Made by a program: the position numbers and the translations under genes
The notes under the pieces: model-generated
Database searches by the model: none
Seen by the model: only the letters and a program-made list of their open reading frames with translations
What the model was told of the DNA's origin: nothing
DNA from: Naegleria gruberi
Lineage: Eukaryota
NCBI GenBank assembly: GCA_000004985.1
Contig: GG738906.1
Direction: 5' to 3' (one strand)
DNA: 64,000 bases
In this document: positions 10,645 through 20,816 of the stretch, one piece after another
Numbering within the stretch: the first letter of the stretch is position 1
Layout: each line of letters begins with the position of its first letter

Positions 10645-12114
10645 TTAAAGGTCTTCAATTTTAACAGTAAATTCCTTCTTTTCTGGATCTTCTTCTCTCA
10701 ACATTTTGATTTTAACTTGACCATTATTCCATTCGGCTGGAGCAACAAAAATAGCTCTAGTAGCACCAATCTTATCAGCATATTCGAAACAGGCACCAAC
10801 CTTCTTTGGATTCTTAAGATATAAATCAGCAACTCTACCCTTCTTTCTCAAAATTGAAACAATCTTAGCAGCTTGAGGTCTCAAAGAAAGATCGAATGGA
10901 ATAACAAAGTCTTCAACTTGTTGAGAAGTGATATATTCTGGAATCAATTTCAAATCTCTGAGAATTTCCAAAATGACAACATCTCCAAAACCAAAACCAC
11001 AAGCAGGAATTTGATCCTTAGCTCCATAAGTTCCTAAAATCTTATCATATCTACCGCCACCACAAATTGCACGTTGAATATCACCAACAGTTGCAAAAGC
11101 TTCAAAAACAACACCTGTATAATATGACAAACCACGAACAATACTTGGATCAAATTCAATCCAATCTTCAATATCATAACCATTCTTTCCTACCATGGCA
11201 AAAATTTCTTCAACTTCCTTGAAAACGGTACTATCCTTGAAAGCTTGATTTGTCAACATTCCCTTGAAAGCTTCCAAAGCTTTAGATCCAGAATAATCTT
11301 CATTTGGATTCAATTTCTTAAAGTTCATCAATTTGATAATCTTGAGAGCAACTTCATCAGAAATTTCAGGAACTTTATCAACAAGAATCTTTTTAACATC
11401 TTCAGCTTCCATCTTATCCATCTTGTCAATAATGATACAGGTTTCCTTGAACTTGTCATCAGATAAATTAAGTCCAAATTCTAATTTGATCAAATCTTCA
11501 ATAATTTTACGAGAACTGAATCTAATTGTAACTTTTTCACTTGATAAGGAAACCAATTTAAAGAAATTTACAATAGTAGCAAACAATTCACATTCACCTG
11601 TAACATCTTGAACACCCCAGATATCACAGTTCCATTGATAGTGTTCTCTCTTTCTACCACGAGTAGTAGTTTCATATCTCCAACATTGTGGAATACTGTA
11701 CCACTTTAATGGGAACTTTAAAGTCTTTTTGTTCTTCAAGATAAGTCTGGCAAGAGATGGTGTCATTTCTGGACGCAAAGCAACGTTCAATTCACTCTTG
11801 TCAATAAAGTTATACATTTGTTGAACAATTTCTTCACCTCCCTTTCTCTTGTAAAGTTCTTCCATTTCAAGGATTGGTGCATCGTATGGTTCAAAACCAA
11901 AGAGTTTACTTGTTTCGTGGAATTTACTGAAGAGCCATTCCCTTTCTCTCATTTCTTCAGGAAGGAAATCCCGAGTACCAGCTACAGGTTCAACCTCAAT
12001 GGCATTACCCTTTCTGTATTTTTGTTGTTGTTTACGTTTGCCCTCTTCTTCAGAGACAGGGTTCTTCTTTTGTTTTGTTTCAACTGGTGTTGTAGCAGTG
12101 GTTGGTTCACTCAT
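10645..12114 (-). CDS. HARS: Histidyl-tRNA synthetase (class II), single exon
   Basis: 489 aa with class II aaRS motifs (..GTRDFLPEEM.., RYDKILGTYGAKDQIPACGFGFG), HisRS-like core and anticodon-binding domain. N-terminal Lys/Glu-rich appendage. Confidence 0.85.
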   Translation of the reverse strand: MSEPTTATTPVETKQKKNPVSEEEGKRKQQQKYRKGNAIEVEPVAGTRDFLPEEMREREWLFSKFHETSKLFGFEPYDAPILEMEELYKRKGGEEIVQQMYNFIDKSELNVALRPEMTPSLARLILKNKKTLKFPLKWYSIPQCWRYETTTRGRKREHYQWNCDIWGVQDVTGECELFATIVNFFKLVSLSSEKVTIRFSSRKIIEDLIKLEFGLNLSDDKFKETCIIIDKMDKMEAEDVKKILVDKVPEISDEVALKIIKLMNFKKLNPNEDYSGSKALEAFKGMLTNQAFKDSTVFKEVEEIFAMVGKNGYDIEDWIEFDPSIVRGLSYYTGVVFEAFATVGDIQRAICGGGRYDKILGTYGAKDQIPACGFGFGDVVILEILRDLKLIPEYITSQQVEDFVIPFDLSLRPQAAKIVSILRKKGRVADLYLKNPKKVGACFEYADKIGATRAIFVAPAEWNNGQVKIKMLREEDPEKKEFTVKIEDL

Positions 12115-12239
12115 TTTTTTTTATTGGTTTTTGCAAATTATTTTTTTTAAACTTTATTCAATTTTCAATTGATAATAATAGATTTCTGCACTTTTGTAAT
12201 AATGAAAGGTTTTTAAACTTGCACATCATACAATTTGAT

Positions 12240-13484
12240 TTATTGATATGGTGTATCACTTAAAATGTCCAAATGTCTTGTAACAATTTTCACAAATTGT
12301 TCTTTTGATATTCTGGCTGCCTTGTCAACACCCTGAAGAGCTGTTTCGGCGTTGATGTTAGAAACTTTAAGATTAACCATTGTTTTCAAAGTTTGTTCAT
12401 ATGTCACAAATCCCTTATTATTAATATCTATCATTGTAAACATTGTCTCAAAATCTGTTGGTGTTAGAATTTTAAGTGAAGATTTTTTCTTAATTTGTTG
12501 TAAATTTTCAATTAAAAATTTTCTTGGATCCTCTGGCATATTAATAAGTGTTTGTTGGAGAAGATACTGTAAGAGTTCACTAATTTTATGCTTCTTCATA
12601 TAATCTCTAGCAGTTTGTTTTGATTCATAGAAAGGTTCATATTCTTCCTCTGTTTTTCCTTCCAAACTATTTATCATTCTTCTCAAATCAGCTTGAACAT
12701 TATTCGTAATATCAACAAAAACTATTGGAATATTTCCATTATAGTGAAGATACTTTCGTAGAGTGTTAACTGTTTGATCTTTTTCAATAAATTCATGGTG
12801 AACAAGCAAAGTATCAATTTCATCCTTTTTGTAACATCCTTTTTCAATAAGAGAATGTACTATCGTCTCTCTTGGAGCTCTTATAAATACAATTTTTAGA
12901 TTATGAGTATCTTTGTATAATTTGATTGCAGTCATAAGGGGATTAAAAATTGATCCTTCCTCAGCTGCTGTGCTATTTGAGAGTGAAATAATTATTTTTT
13001 GAGACTCTGGATTTTTCTCTATTTCTCTCTCAATATTTGGAATTGCTTTGTATACATAGTCATTACAAATTTCCTCTCCATTATATTTGTATTGCTTATC
13101 AAGAAATTCTTTCCAACATAAATCATAATTTCTAGATCTAAATTGGTCTAGAAATTCATTTCCTTCAACAACTTCAAACAAATCGGAAGTCTTCTTCAGA
13201 TCATATCTAACATCAACAGGTGCACAAGTTATTGTTGGGACAAAATGATATGAGGTTAATTTTTCAAATCCAATTAAATCACGATCCTTAGAAGCTCCAC
13301 TAATTACACCATTCTTCTTTTGAATTAACTCTTGCATTAGAAATTCCTTCCTACAACCTTCAGCACCGAAAATCAAGACCAATGTAGGACGAGTAGAGAA
13401 CATTTTTTCTGTTTGGAAATCGTAAAAATTATTGGCGCCAAACAATATCGGTTCCCGACTTGAATGGATATTAATAAAACACAA
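12240..13484 (-). CDS. Adenylate-kinase-like (degenerate P-loop) protein with C-terminal Dpy-30/RIIa-type docking motif and EF-hand-like loop; putative axonemal protein
   Basis: LVLIFGAEGCRKEFLMQELIQKK resembles an AK P-loop with GxxGxGK degraded. ...ISELLQYLLQQTLINMPEDPRKFLIENLQ fits the Dpy-30 motif. DINNKGFVTYEQ is an EF-hand loop. Likely true start is the internal Met MFSTRP. Confidence 0.45.
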   Translation of the reverse strand: MCFINIHSSREPILFGANNFYDFQTEKMFSTRPTLVLIFGAEGCRKEFLMQELIQKKNGVISGASKDRDLIGFEKLTSYHFVPTITCAPVDVRYDLKKTSDLFEVVEGNEFLDQFRSRNYDLCWKEFLDKQYKYNGEEICNDYVYKAIPNIEREIEKNPESQKIIISLSNSTAAEEGSIFNPLMTAIKLYKDTHNLKIVFIRAPRETIVHSLIEKGCYKKDEIDTLLVHHEFIEKDQTVNTLRKYLHYNGNIPIVFVDITNNVQADLRRMINSLEGKTEEEYEPFYESKQTARDYMKKHKISELLQYLLQQTLINMPEDPRKFLIENLQQIKKKSSLKILTPTDFETMFTMIDINNKGFVTYEQTLKTMVNLKVSNINAETALQGVDKAARISKEQFVKIVTRHLDILSDTPYQ

Positions 13485-13585
13485 TCAAAAAAAAGGCCAA
13501 AAACACACCATCCCTTCTCTATCGGATTTCTTTCAGGACATATGTTGTGATTGAAATTATATTAAATAGATATCTTTGAATCAAA
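13485..13585. promoter_or_regulatory. Putative bidirectional promoter between AK-like/Dpy-30 gene (minus) and ZMPSTE24 (plus)
   Basis: ~100 bp between divergent start codons. Contains a poly(A/T) run (caatcaaaaaaaaggccaaaaacac). Confidence 0.3.
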
Positions 13586-15359
13586 ATGATCCATACCTAT
13601 ATTGCATATTACATTACAATACTTGCAAAAATTGTGCATCAAGTACCTCTACCATTTCTTACAATTACTATCCTTTCGAATGCTGTTGCTTTTTTTATTG
13701 AATTATATTTGGATTATAGACAAAGTAAACTTTTGAAAACTTCAAACATTCCCTCAAAATTACAAAAATACTTGGATAAGGATGAATTTGATGATATGAG
13801 AAATTATGTAGGTAATAATTTAACAATTGATTTTATAATGTGTGAAAGAGCATTTTGAGATTGGGATTTTCAAGATTGGAAAATGCATACGGGTTTATAA
13901 CTGAGGTTGTGATATTATTATCTGGGGTTCTAACATGGATTTTTGACTTATCTTTGAAAATTAATATTTTACTCTTTAGTTTAGGGGAAGAATATGCCAT
14001 TACAAGAGGTGTGACATTCCTCTTCCTTGTTTCTTTACTGAGCACTTTGGTGAGAGCTCCATTTGAGGTTTATAGAATTTTTGTGATTGATGGAAAATTC
14101 TTTGAAACCAAGCAAGAAAGAAAAGATCTTCAAAACTCTACACTAACCAATGAAGATGTTGCTATATTTTCACATCAACAATTATTGGAAAGTAGTAGAT
14201 CCAAATTAATGCAAATCAATAATGCAAAAATGTTTTTTGGAGATGAGCAAGGTGATAATTCTGTAAAAAGTGATGAAGAAGAAACAACATCCCAATACAA
14301 TGAAATATCAAATTTTAAAGAAGATATTACAAGTGATAATGATAGTGATGGAAGTGAGGGAGGAGTTCAGGATATAATGACAGTTTTTCGTAATTGGATA
14401 ATGGATCAAATCAAAATGGGAATTATTTCAGTAGTTATAGGCACTCCACTTTTATTCTTAATTTTGTGGTTGCTTACAACTGGAAGTCCAATTCACTGGG
14501 TTTATATGTGGGTTGGAAGTGTTGCCCTAGCTGTGGGTATATATGAATTATATCCAATAATATTAGCTCCAATGTTCAATACTTTTTATGGTAAGTATTT
14601 TAATTTTTATATTAAATATAATCATTTTTAAAGAAATGCCAGAAGGGCCTCTCAGAAAAAGTATTGAAGAGTTGACAATTAAAGTAGGAATTCCAGTTAA
14701 AGATATTGTCTACGTAGATGGATCAAAAAGACATGAGAATGCAAATGCATTCATGATTGGATCAGGAGAAAATAAGAAAATTGTTCTATACGATAATTTG
14801 ATAAGTAAAGATGGTTTGAATTTGACAAATGATGAAATACTTGCAATATTGGCACATGAAATTCACCACTATAAGATGAATCACAGCATCAAAATATTAA
14901 CTTCACAAGTTTTTTCTTTAGGGATATTTTTATTTATCCTCTCATTCACTATCTACAATGAATATTTTTACAATAGTTTTGGATTTACAGAAATTGATGT
15001 AAGTTTACAAAATTCAATTCCATTATCTTACAGATTTTTTTCAGCCAAGTGTTGGATTATGCTTATTCTCATATCTTTTTCAACCACTGGGAAATTTTGC
15101 CATGGTAATTCTCAATCATATTCAAAGAAAATACGAATATTCCAGTGATGAGTACAGCATGAGTCTTGGATATAATATTGAGGAACCTCTCATCAAAATG
15201 CATGTCAATAATGTTTATAATTTAATTGTAGATAGATTATACTCTAGCTATTACAATGCACATCCTTCCTTATTGGAAAGAGTTGATAATTTGAAAAAGT
15301 GGATTGAAAGAAATGCCCAACGACAACGTTTGAATGAAAAGTTGATAAAACAAGAATAA
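13586..15359 (+). CDS. ZMPSTE24: CAAX prenyl protease 1 (ZMPSTE24/Ste24, M48 zinc metalloprotease); 4 exons (~13586..13807, ~13849..14600, ~14643..14998, ~15045..15359)
   Basis: Zinc motif ILAHEIHHYKMNH (HExxH). Alignment with Ste24/ZMPSTE24 along the whole length (FIELYLDYRQSKLLK; EEYAITRG..LVSLLSTL; VDGSKRHENANAF; FGF...PLGNFAMVILNHIQRKYEYSSDEYSMSLGY; HPSLLERV). Three 41-46-nt introns. Confidence 0.85.
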
Positions 15360-15544
15360 ATCAATTTTTAATGTTTCATCTTCTTCCAAAATATAATAAT
15401 TTCAATATTTTTAAAAAAGATTCTCCACATTTAACTGTTACTTTAAAAAGAATCCCGCATCTTTGAAATGCCAAAAGCTTCATAAAAATTTCATCCTTTG
15501 ACACTGTCCATCAAATTATTATTAATAGATAAATCAATAAGAAA

Positions 15545-16066
15545 ATGCTCAATAATATTAGTGGATCCAATACCCAGAGAAGAGTATCCCGCTATTCCTT
15601 TCTCTCTAAAGGAAATCATAATACTGATCACCATTATCAACAACAAGTAATAGAATTGAATCCATCAACACAAGTTGAATCTAAATGCTATTATTTTGAT
15701 GATCCTCATCAGCAAGAAATCAACCGATATATTAGAAATAATTATAATTATTGTGTTGTTGTGGAATTTGAATTTAAATCCGAAAATTATAACATCAATA
15801 ATTTTTCTCCAAAATACACCATCAAATCAGTCTGTTTTAATATTATTCCTCTATTCCAGCCAAACAATTCCTCACATCATCATGATATGAATATATCCTA
15901 CTTTTATGAAAGAAATAGAGGAATTATTATTAATAGTGAAGAATTTCAACCTGATGAACAGTTAACAATGGATATTTCCTACCCAATTCATATTGTTTCT
16001 GATTTGAAAGAAGCAATACAAATGGTAAGTAGTGGTATTATTTTTCTCTTAGGTATTCAATACTAA
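15545..16066 (+). CDS. Hypothetical protein (173 aa, His/Asn-rich); may instead be a 5' exon of the downstream RRM gene
   Basis: ATG-initiated ORF with no recognisable domain. It ends in a GTAAGT that is in phase with the downstream ORF at 16346. Confidence 0.3.
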   Translation: MLNNISGSNTQRRVSRYSFLSKGNHNTDHHYQQQVIELNPSTQVESKCYYFDDPHQQEINRYIRNNYNYCVVVEFEFKSENYNINNFSPKYTIKSVCFNIIPLFQPNNSSHHHDMNISYFYERNRGIIINSEEFQPDEQLTMDISYPIHIVSDLKEAIQMVSSGIIFLLGIQY

Positions 16067-16345
16067 TATGACTCTTTATCATTGTAATGACACTTTCTTT
16101 ATATCTAACAATACATTTTTCCATTGTGCTCGTTGATTTGCCTAATTTTAATTTTCCCCGATTTTATTGCAAATTGATTGAATTCATTATTGTCCTACAA
16201 CCCCTACAATTGTTTTATTAACTGTTCAACTTGTCGCCTCATCATTACCACTGGTGATTGTTTTTTATTATCAATGATGATTCTTTACCACCATTTTGAT
16301 TGACCCTTCATTGAAAAAATTGCTCCAATTGAATGTGTTGAATAG

Positions 16346-18853
16346 TTGGATCAACATATTATTAGTCACACTCAATCATTATTATCATCTCATTCAAATA
16401 ATAGTAAGAAGAGCTTTTGTTTCCTATCAACTACAACATCAATTTCAAACAATACTGATATTAGTTTACCTCATATTTTACAAAATATTCTAGACTCTAT
16501 TCAAATAGAAAATCATTATCTTATAGAGAAGACATACTTTATCAATACATCTATAGGATTGCATCAACAACATTTATTGGAAAACCAATCCTCCCTACAG
16601 AGTAATAATTTTCCCGACCTTTACCAAGCATTCCCGACAAACAATTTATTGTCACCACCACTCCAATCAACAAATAGTAGTGATAATTGTCAATACTATC
16701 CACTCAATTATTCTCCAACACAAAATTATTCTACTAGTTTTCATACTAACAAGAATTTATTGCTAACAGCATCAAACATAACAAATACCAAACATAACTT
16801 TGAAGGGAAAATTTTGCTTGAAACAATTACTCATTTTACGATTTGTGAAAAAATGGCTCAATCAGTAGATACCCAACAAGACTCATCCGACAATACTCCA
16901 ACAAACAATTGCAGTACAAGTACTGCAAATAATCAACAAACCGAGCAAGATGGTCAACATTCTATTCAGAATTCTATTTCCGAATGTTTAAAAAAACCAC
17001 TTTCTATCCATTCACCTTCCTTTGAACCACCTCTTCATGTTTTACAACAAACAATTAGACAAGAGAGAGTACTTTTTCAACAAGTGAACTCTCCTCTAAC
17101 AGATGAATTTAAAACTTGTGTTGTAAGATTGAGAGGATTACCTTGGACAAGCACAGTCCAGGATATTGCAGAATTCTTTTCTGAATTCAAACTTGCTAAA
17201 AAGGAACAATCCAAAGATGATACCGACTTGTCATCATCTGAAATTCAACCAACAATAGAACAGCCAAGTACTTGCATAGTAGATTCAAGCTCTCCATCAC
17301 AGTTAACCTATGCAGCTATAGTATCTATGGGCGTTTCAAGTAATGAGCAAATAACTGATATTGAACAAGTAATCCAACAACCAATTAAGCAATACAAAAT
17401 TTCAGTAGATACAGCAAAGGATATGGATATTATACTAATGTTAAACTATTTTGGAAAATCAACTGGTGAAGCCTATGTCAGATTTGAATCTGAAGAAGAG
17501 CTCGAAAAAGCAAGAAAAACTATGGATAAGAAGAATTTAGGTAGCAGATATATTGAAATTTTTAAATCTACCATTGAAGAAATGGAACATTCTAGAAGAG
17601 TATTAGAAAGAAACTTGAAGAATTTGAATAATTCTAAAATTTTAAAGATGCGTAATGTACCATTTTCTGCAACTGAAGATGAAATTGAAACATTCTTCTC
17701 TGGACTCACTATTGCAACTGTTCAATCAAGAAATCAAGCTGAACAATCAAATGAGACTAGAAGAAGAAAAGTGTACTTTGTTTTAAACCCAATGAATGGT
17801 AAAAGAACTGGTGAAGTTTTCGTTGAGTTTACTTGTCATGACCAAATGTTACAAGCCGCCAAGAGAAACAAGGAAAAAATTAGAAATAGATATATTGAAT
17901 TATTCCATAGTAGTATTTCAGAATTGAGAGCATCTCAATACTATATTCAACAACAACAACAACAAAATTACTTTCCATACCAACATATTACAAGACCTAG
18001 AATATCAGGTGTACAAAATAGAAAGTCCAATTTCATTGTAAAAATTGAAGGTTTACCAACTAGTTTTGAAGAAAATGAAATTGCTGAGCTCTTTAATGGT
18101 TTATCTTTATCCGAAGCAGGAATTCATCTCATTTTTGGTGAAGATGAATGTTCTACAGGTGAAGCTTTTGTTGAATTTGTAAATGAAGAAAGTTTTGCCA
18201 AAGCTCTAGAACAAAATGATACTACTATTTCTTCAGTGGATGAAAATAATGTAGAACAACAAAATACCATCAAAGTAATAGCATCTGATCGAGCTGAAAT
18301 GTTGTCAGTATGTGGCATTGAGGAGGAGGAGGAGGAACAAGATGAAGAGGAAGAACCATCTAACAATACTACACTTGAAACAACACTCGATCAAACCAAC
18401 CATAACGATTACTCAAAGAGAAGATTTAATTATAACAATAACTTTGCTTATCCAATGGTGTATTATGTTCCTTCCTATACTCCATATTATGTCAATCCTT
18501 ATTTTCAACAACAAGGACAATCATTTAGAAATAATTTAGATCCAAACACAGATTCAACAATTGTTAAACAACCATTCAAATATAAGTTATTCGAACATCC
18601 AGAAAGAACTCTAAAGATGCGTGGATTACCATTCTCTTCAACTGAAAAGGAAATTGCAGAATTCTTTGCAGGATATGATTTTGAGGAGGATTCAATAAGA
18701 TTCAAGATGGATTTCAAAAGAAATCGTCAAACAGGAATTTGCTACATTAGGTTCAGAACCAAGACTGAGGCTGAAAGGGCAGCCAATGAAAGAAATAGAT
18801 GTAATATTGGCGATCGTTACATTGAACTTTTTACAATCACTCCAAAAACGTAA
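16346..18853 (+). CDS. RNA-binding protein with four quasi-RRMs of the hnRNP F/H / ESRP / GRSF1 type and an N/S/Q-rich N-terminal region
   Basis: Repeated qRRM signatures: VVRLRGLPWTSTVQDIAEFFSEF, LKMRNVPFSATEDEIETFFSGL, VKIEGLPTSFEENEIAELFNGL, LKMRGLPFSSTEKEIAEFFAGY. The true start is uncertain; the first in-frame ATG is near 16853 and the ORF-track start is TTG. Confidence 0.7.
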   Translation: MDQHIISHTQSLLSSHSNNSKKSFCFLSTTTSISNNTDISLPHILQNILDSIQIENHYLIEKTYFINTSIGLHQQHLLENQSSLQSNNFPDLYQAFPTNNLLSPPLQSTNSSDNCQYYPLNYSPTQNYSTSFHTNKNLLLTASNITNTKHNFEGKILLETITHFTICEKMAQSVDTQQDSSDNTPTNNCSTSTANNQQTEQDGQHSIQNSISECLKKPLSIHSPSFEPPLHVLQQTIRQERVLFQQVNSPLTDEFKTCVVRLRGLPWTSTVQDIAEFFSEFKLAKKEQSKDDTDLSSSEIQPTIEQPSTCIVDSSSPSQLTYAAIVSMGVSSNEQITDIEQVIQQPIKQYKISVDTAKDMDIILMLNYFGKSTGEAYVRFESEEELEKARKTMDKKNLGSRYIEIFKSTIEEMEHSRRVLERNLKNLNNSKILKMRNVPFSATEDEIETFFSGLTIATVQSRNQAEQSNETRRRKVYFVLNPMNGKRTGEVFVEFTCHDQMLQAAKRNKEKIRNRYIELFHSSISELRASQYYIQQQQQQNYFPYQHITRPRISGVQNRKSNFIVKIEGLPTSFEENEIAELFNGLSLSEAGIHLIFGEDECSTGEAFVEFVNEESFAKALEQNDTTISSVDENNVEQQNTIKVIASDRAEMLSVCGIEEEEEEQDEEEEPSNNTTLETTLDQTNHNDYSKRRFNYNNNFAYPMVYYVPSYTPYYVNPYFQQQGQSFRNNLDPNTDSTIVKQPFKYKLFEHPERTLKMRGLPFSSTEKEIAEFFAGYDFEEDSIRFKMDFKRNRQTGICYIRFRTKTEAERAANERNRCNIGDRYIELFTITPKT

Positions 18854-18860
18854 TTAAAAT

Positions 18861-19542
18861 TTACTTTGATTTATGTTTTGTTTCTGCATTTTCTATCATA
18901 TCATCACAAGTTGAATACCAATAACTCTTTGGATAAAATTCAAGTTTAGAAAGTGTACCATTGAATTTACCAATAAGAATATGTAAATGGAGATGGTCAA
19001 TTGAATTGAATGGGGGTAAATGAAATCCCATTCTGTTTTGTACAATTTCATTTGAACACATTTCACTCCATAATTCGTGGTGTCTTCTTTTTGCAAATTG
19101 CTCTCCAACTCTTTTCATGTGTTTAACTTTGGATATTAATGAAAGCTAAGAGATGCACCAACTTACCCAAATGCAAATCATCTCTATTACTGATTGTTCT
19201 CATTGTTGGGGTGTGTTTAAATGGGACGACAAGATAATGAAATTCAGCCTCCGGACGAATATCCTCTACAATGTAACACACTTCATCTCTAAATAAAACA
19301 ATTGTATGTAAATCATCATCTTGTTTATGAAGATGACAAAATTTGCATTCGTGCTCTTTTCCTGTAAAAATTCTTTTTAGAAACCTAAAGCTAAACACTA
19401 TTGTTTTGATAATAATAGTTTTGATGATAACTCCTATGAATACAAGTATCATTAAAAAACTTTTAAAAGATGACATTTCCGATTCATTGAAATCCAAAGA
19501 AGTCGCTGAGGCCGAGTGTTGTAGTCTTTTGGATGAAGGCAT
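18861..19542 (-). CDS. HINT3: Histidine triad (HIT) protein, HINT3-like; at least 2-3 exons
   Basis: C-terminal exon RMGFHLPPFNSIDHLHLHILIG matches HINT3 (RMGFHMPPFCSISHLHLHVL). Upstream exon HECKFCHL....IVLFRDEVCYIVEDIRPEAEFHYLVVPFKHT matches HINT3 (CVFCRI...[29 protein letters not shown]). 5' boundary not resolved. Confidence 0.65.
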
Positions 19543-19956
19543 TTTTTACAATGTTGTATTGATAATGTGCAATAAAATACAATGTAATCTCTTTATTATT
19601 ATGAAAAATCAGCAAAAAGAGTTGAAAGGAGTAAGAACGTTTTTTTGTACATTCAAGATATTTATTTGGATAATCCTTCTCTAGGGTAAAAATTGAGGCA
19701 TATACTCCCTTAATGACCTCAGCAAATTCAGTTGTTATCTTATATATAAGATACATTAAATGCATGACAATTGGGTTATCTTGTAACATTTCGTGATGTA
19801 TGTTGTAGTTCTATGTTGAACAAAGATGAACGCATACAAAAAACCCGCCAAAATTGTAATCACACCAAACAAAGACAATGTAAATGCCCACATCTCTTAT
19901 TGCCTCACACAATACAAAAAAAATAGCTTGATACTTGTTATTTAATCCTTTACGGA

Positions 19957-20698
19957 AATGAGTGATAAAAAATATACACCACAAGACGTTTTAAAGTACA
20001 ACAAACCAACTGAGGGTAAGTGTTCATACAATAGGAAGTTTGGAAAATAATATTTGATGATGGTTGTAAAACAAAATAATTATTTTAATTATTAATAACG
20101 AATAGCCTTCTTATGTCCCCTTAACGCTAATACTGTTGGAATCCAATTCCTTGAATTCAAGATCCGAAACTGTGATTCAGGTGAAGTTCTCTTCCACACC
20201 TCTGCTGAAGAAACAGCCAAGGAACTTTTAAAACAAGGAACTACGATAGATGAAGACTCTCTTCGTTCAATCAACTACAAATTCGATAAAGCCATGCTCA
20301 GATCTAAAGGAATTGGTACTACGTAGGTATTTGATTTTTCAGATTGATCTAAAAAAACAAGTTTGACTTTCAAGGTTGGTCCAAAGCCAGTTAAAAACTT
20401 TAGAATGATCGAAAGACACTACTTTAAGGAAAAACTGCTTAAGGGTTTTGATTTCAATTTCAAGTTCTGCATTCCTAACAGTCAAAATACTTGGGAATGT
20501 ATTTATTCGATGCCAGAACTGACCGAAGAAGAAAGTAAGTATCACCATGTCAATTCATATTAACAAAAACCCTCAGTCATTGAAATTGAAAACAGTCCAT
20601 ATCAAGTTAAATCTGATTCATTCTACTTTGTAAATGATGACGAAATGATTATGCACAATAAGGCTGCCTACGCTTATGTTGATGCAAAAAAGGATTAA
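19957..20698 (+). CDS. UNC119: UNC119 homolog (lipid-binding cargo chaperone for myristoylated ciliary proteins); 4 exons (~19957..20014, ~20106..20322, ~20362..20534, ~20577..20698)
   Basis: [50 protein letters not shown] matches UNC119 ([49 protein letters not shown]). [16 protein letters not shown] and [20 protein letters not shown] also conserved. Three 39-91-nt introns. Confidence 0.85.
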
Positions 20699-20816
20699 AT
20701 CCATCAATTAAGCAAACATTTGTATAATTAAAATTGTTGTTGTATCAAAGAAAACAAATCTACAATAAAAAATAACTATCCCGCCTAAATTTACAGGTTT
20801 TTAAAACTCAAAAAAA

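Noticed and set aside
11245-11611. Two plus-strand ORFs inside histidyl-tRNA synthetase
   Set aside because: Antisense frames of a conserved 489-aa gene.
15045-15110. Candidate extra intron (gtaattctcaatcatattcaaag) in ZMPSTE24 last exon
   Set aside because: Reading through it in frame gives ..PLGNFAMVILNHIQRKYEYSSDEYSMSLG, which aligns gap-free with human ..[30 protein letters not shown]. It is therefore coding, not intronic.
20092-20274. Minus-strand ORF across UNC119 exon 2
   Set aside because: Antisense to a conserved UNC119 exon ([16 protein letters not shown]).
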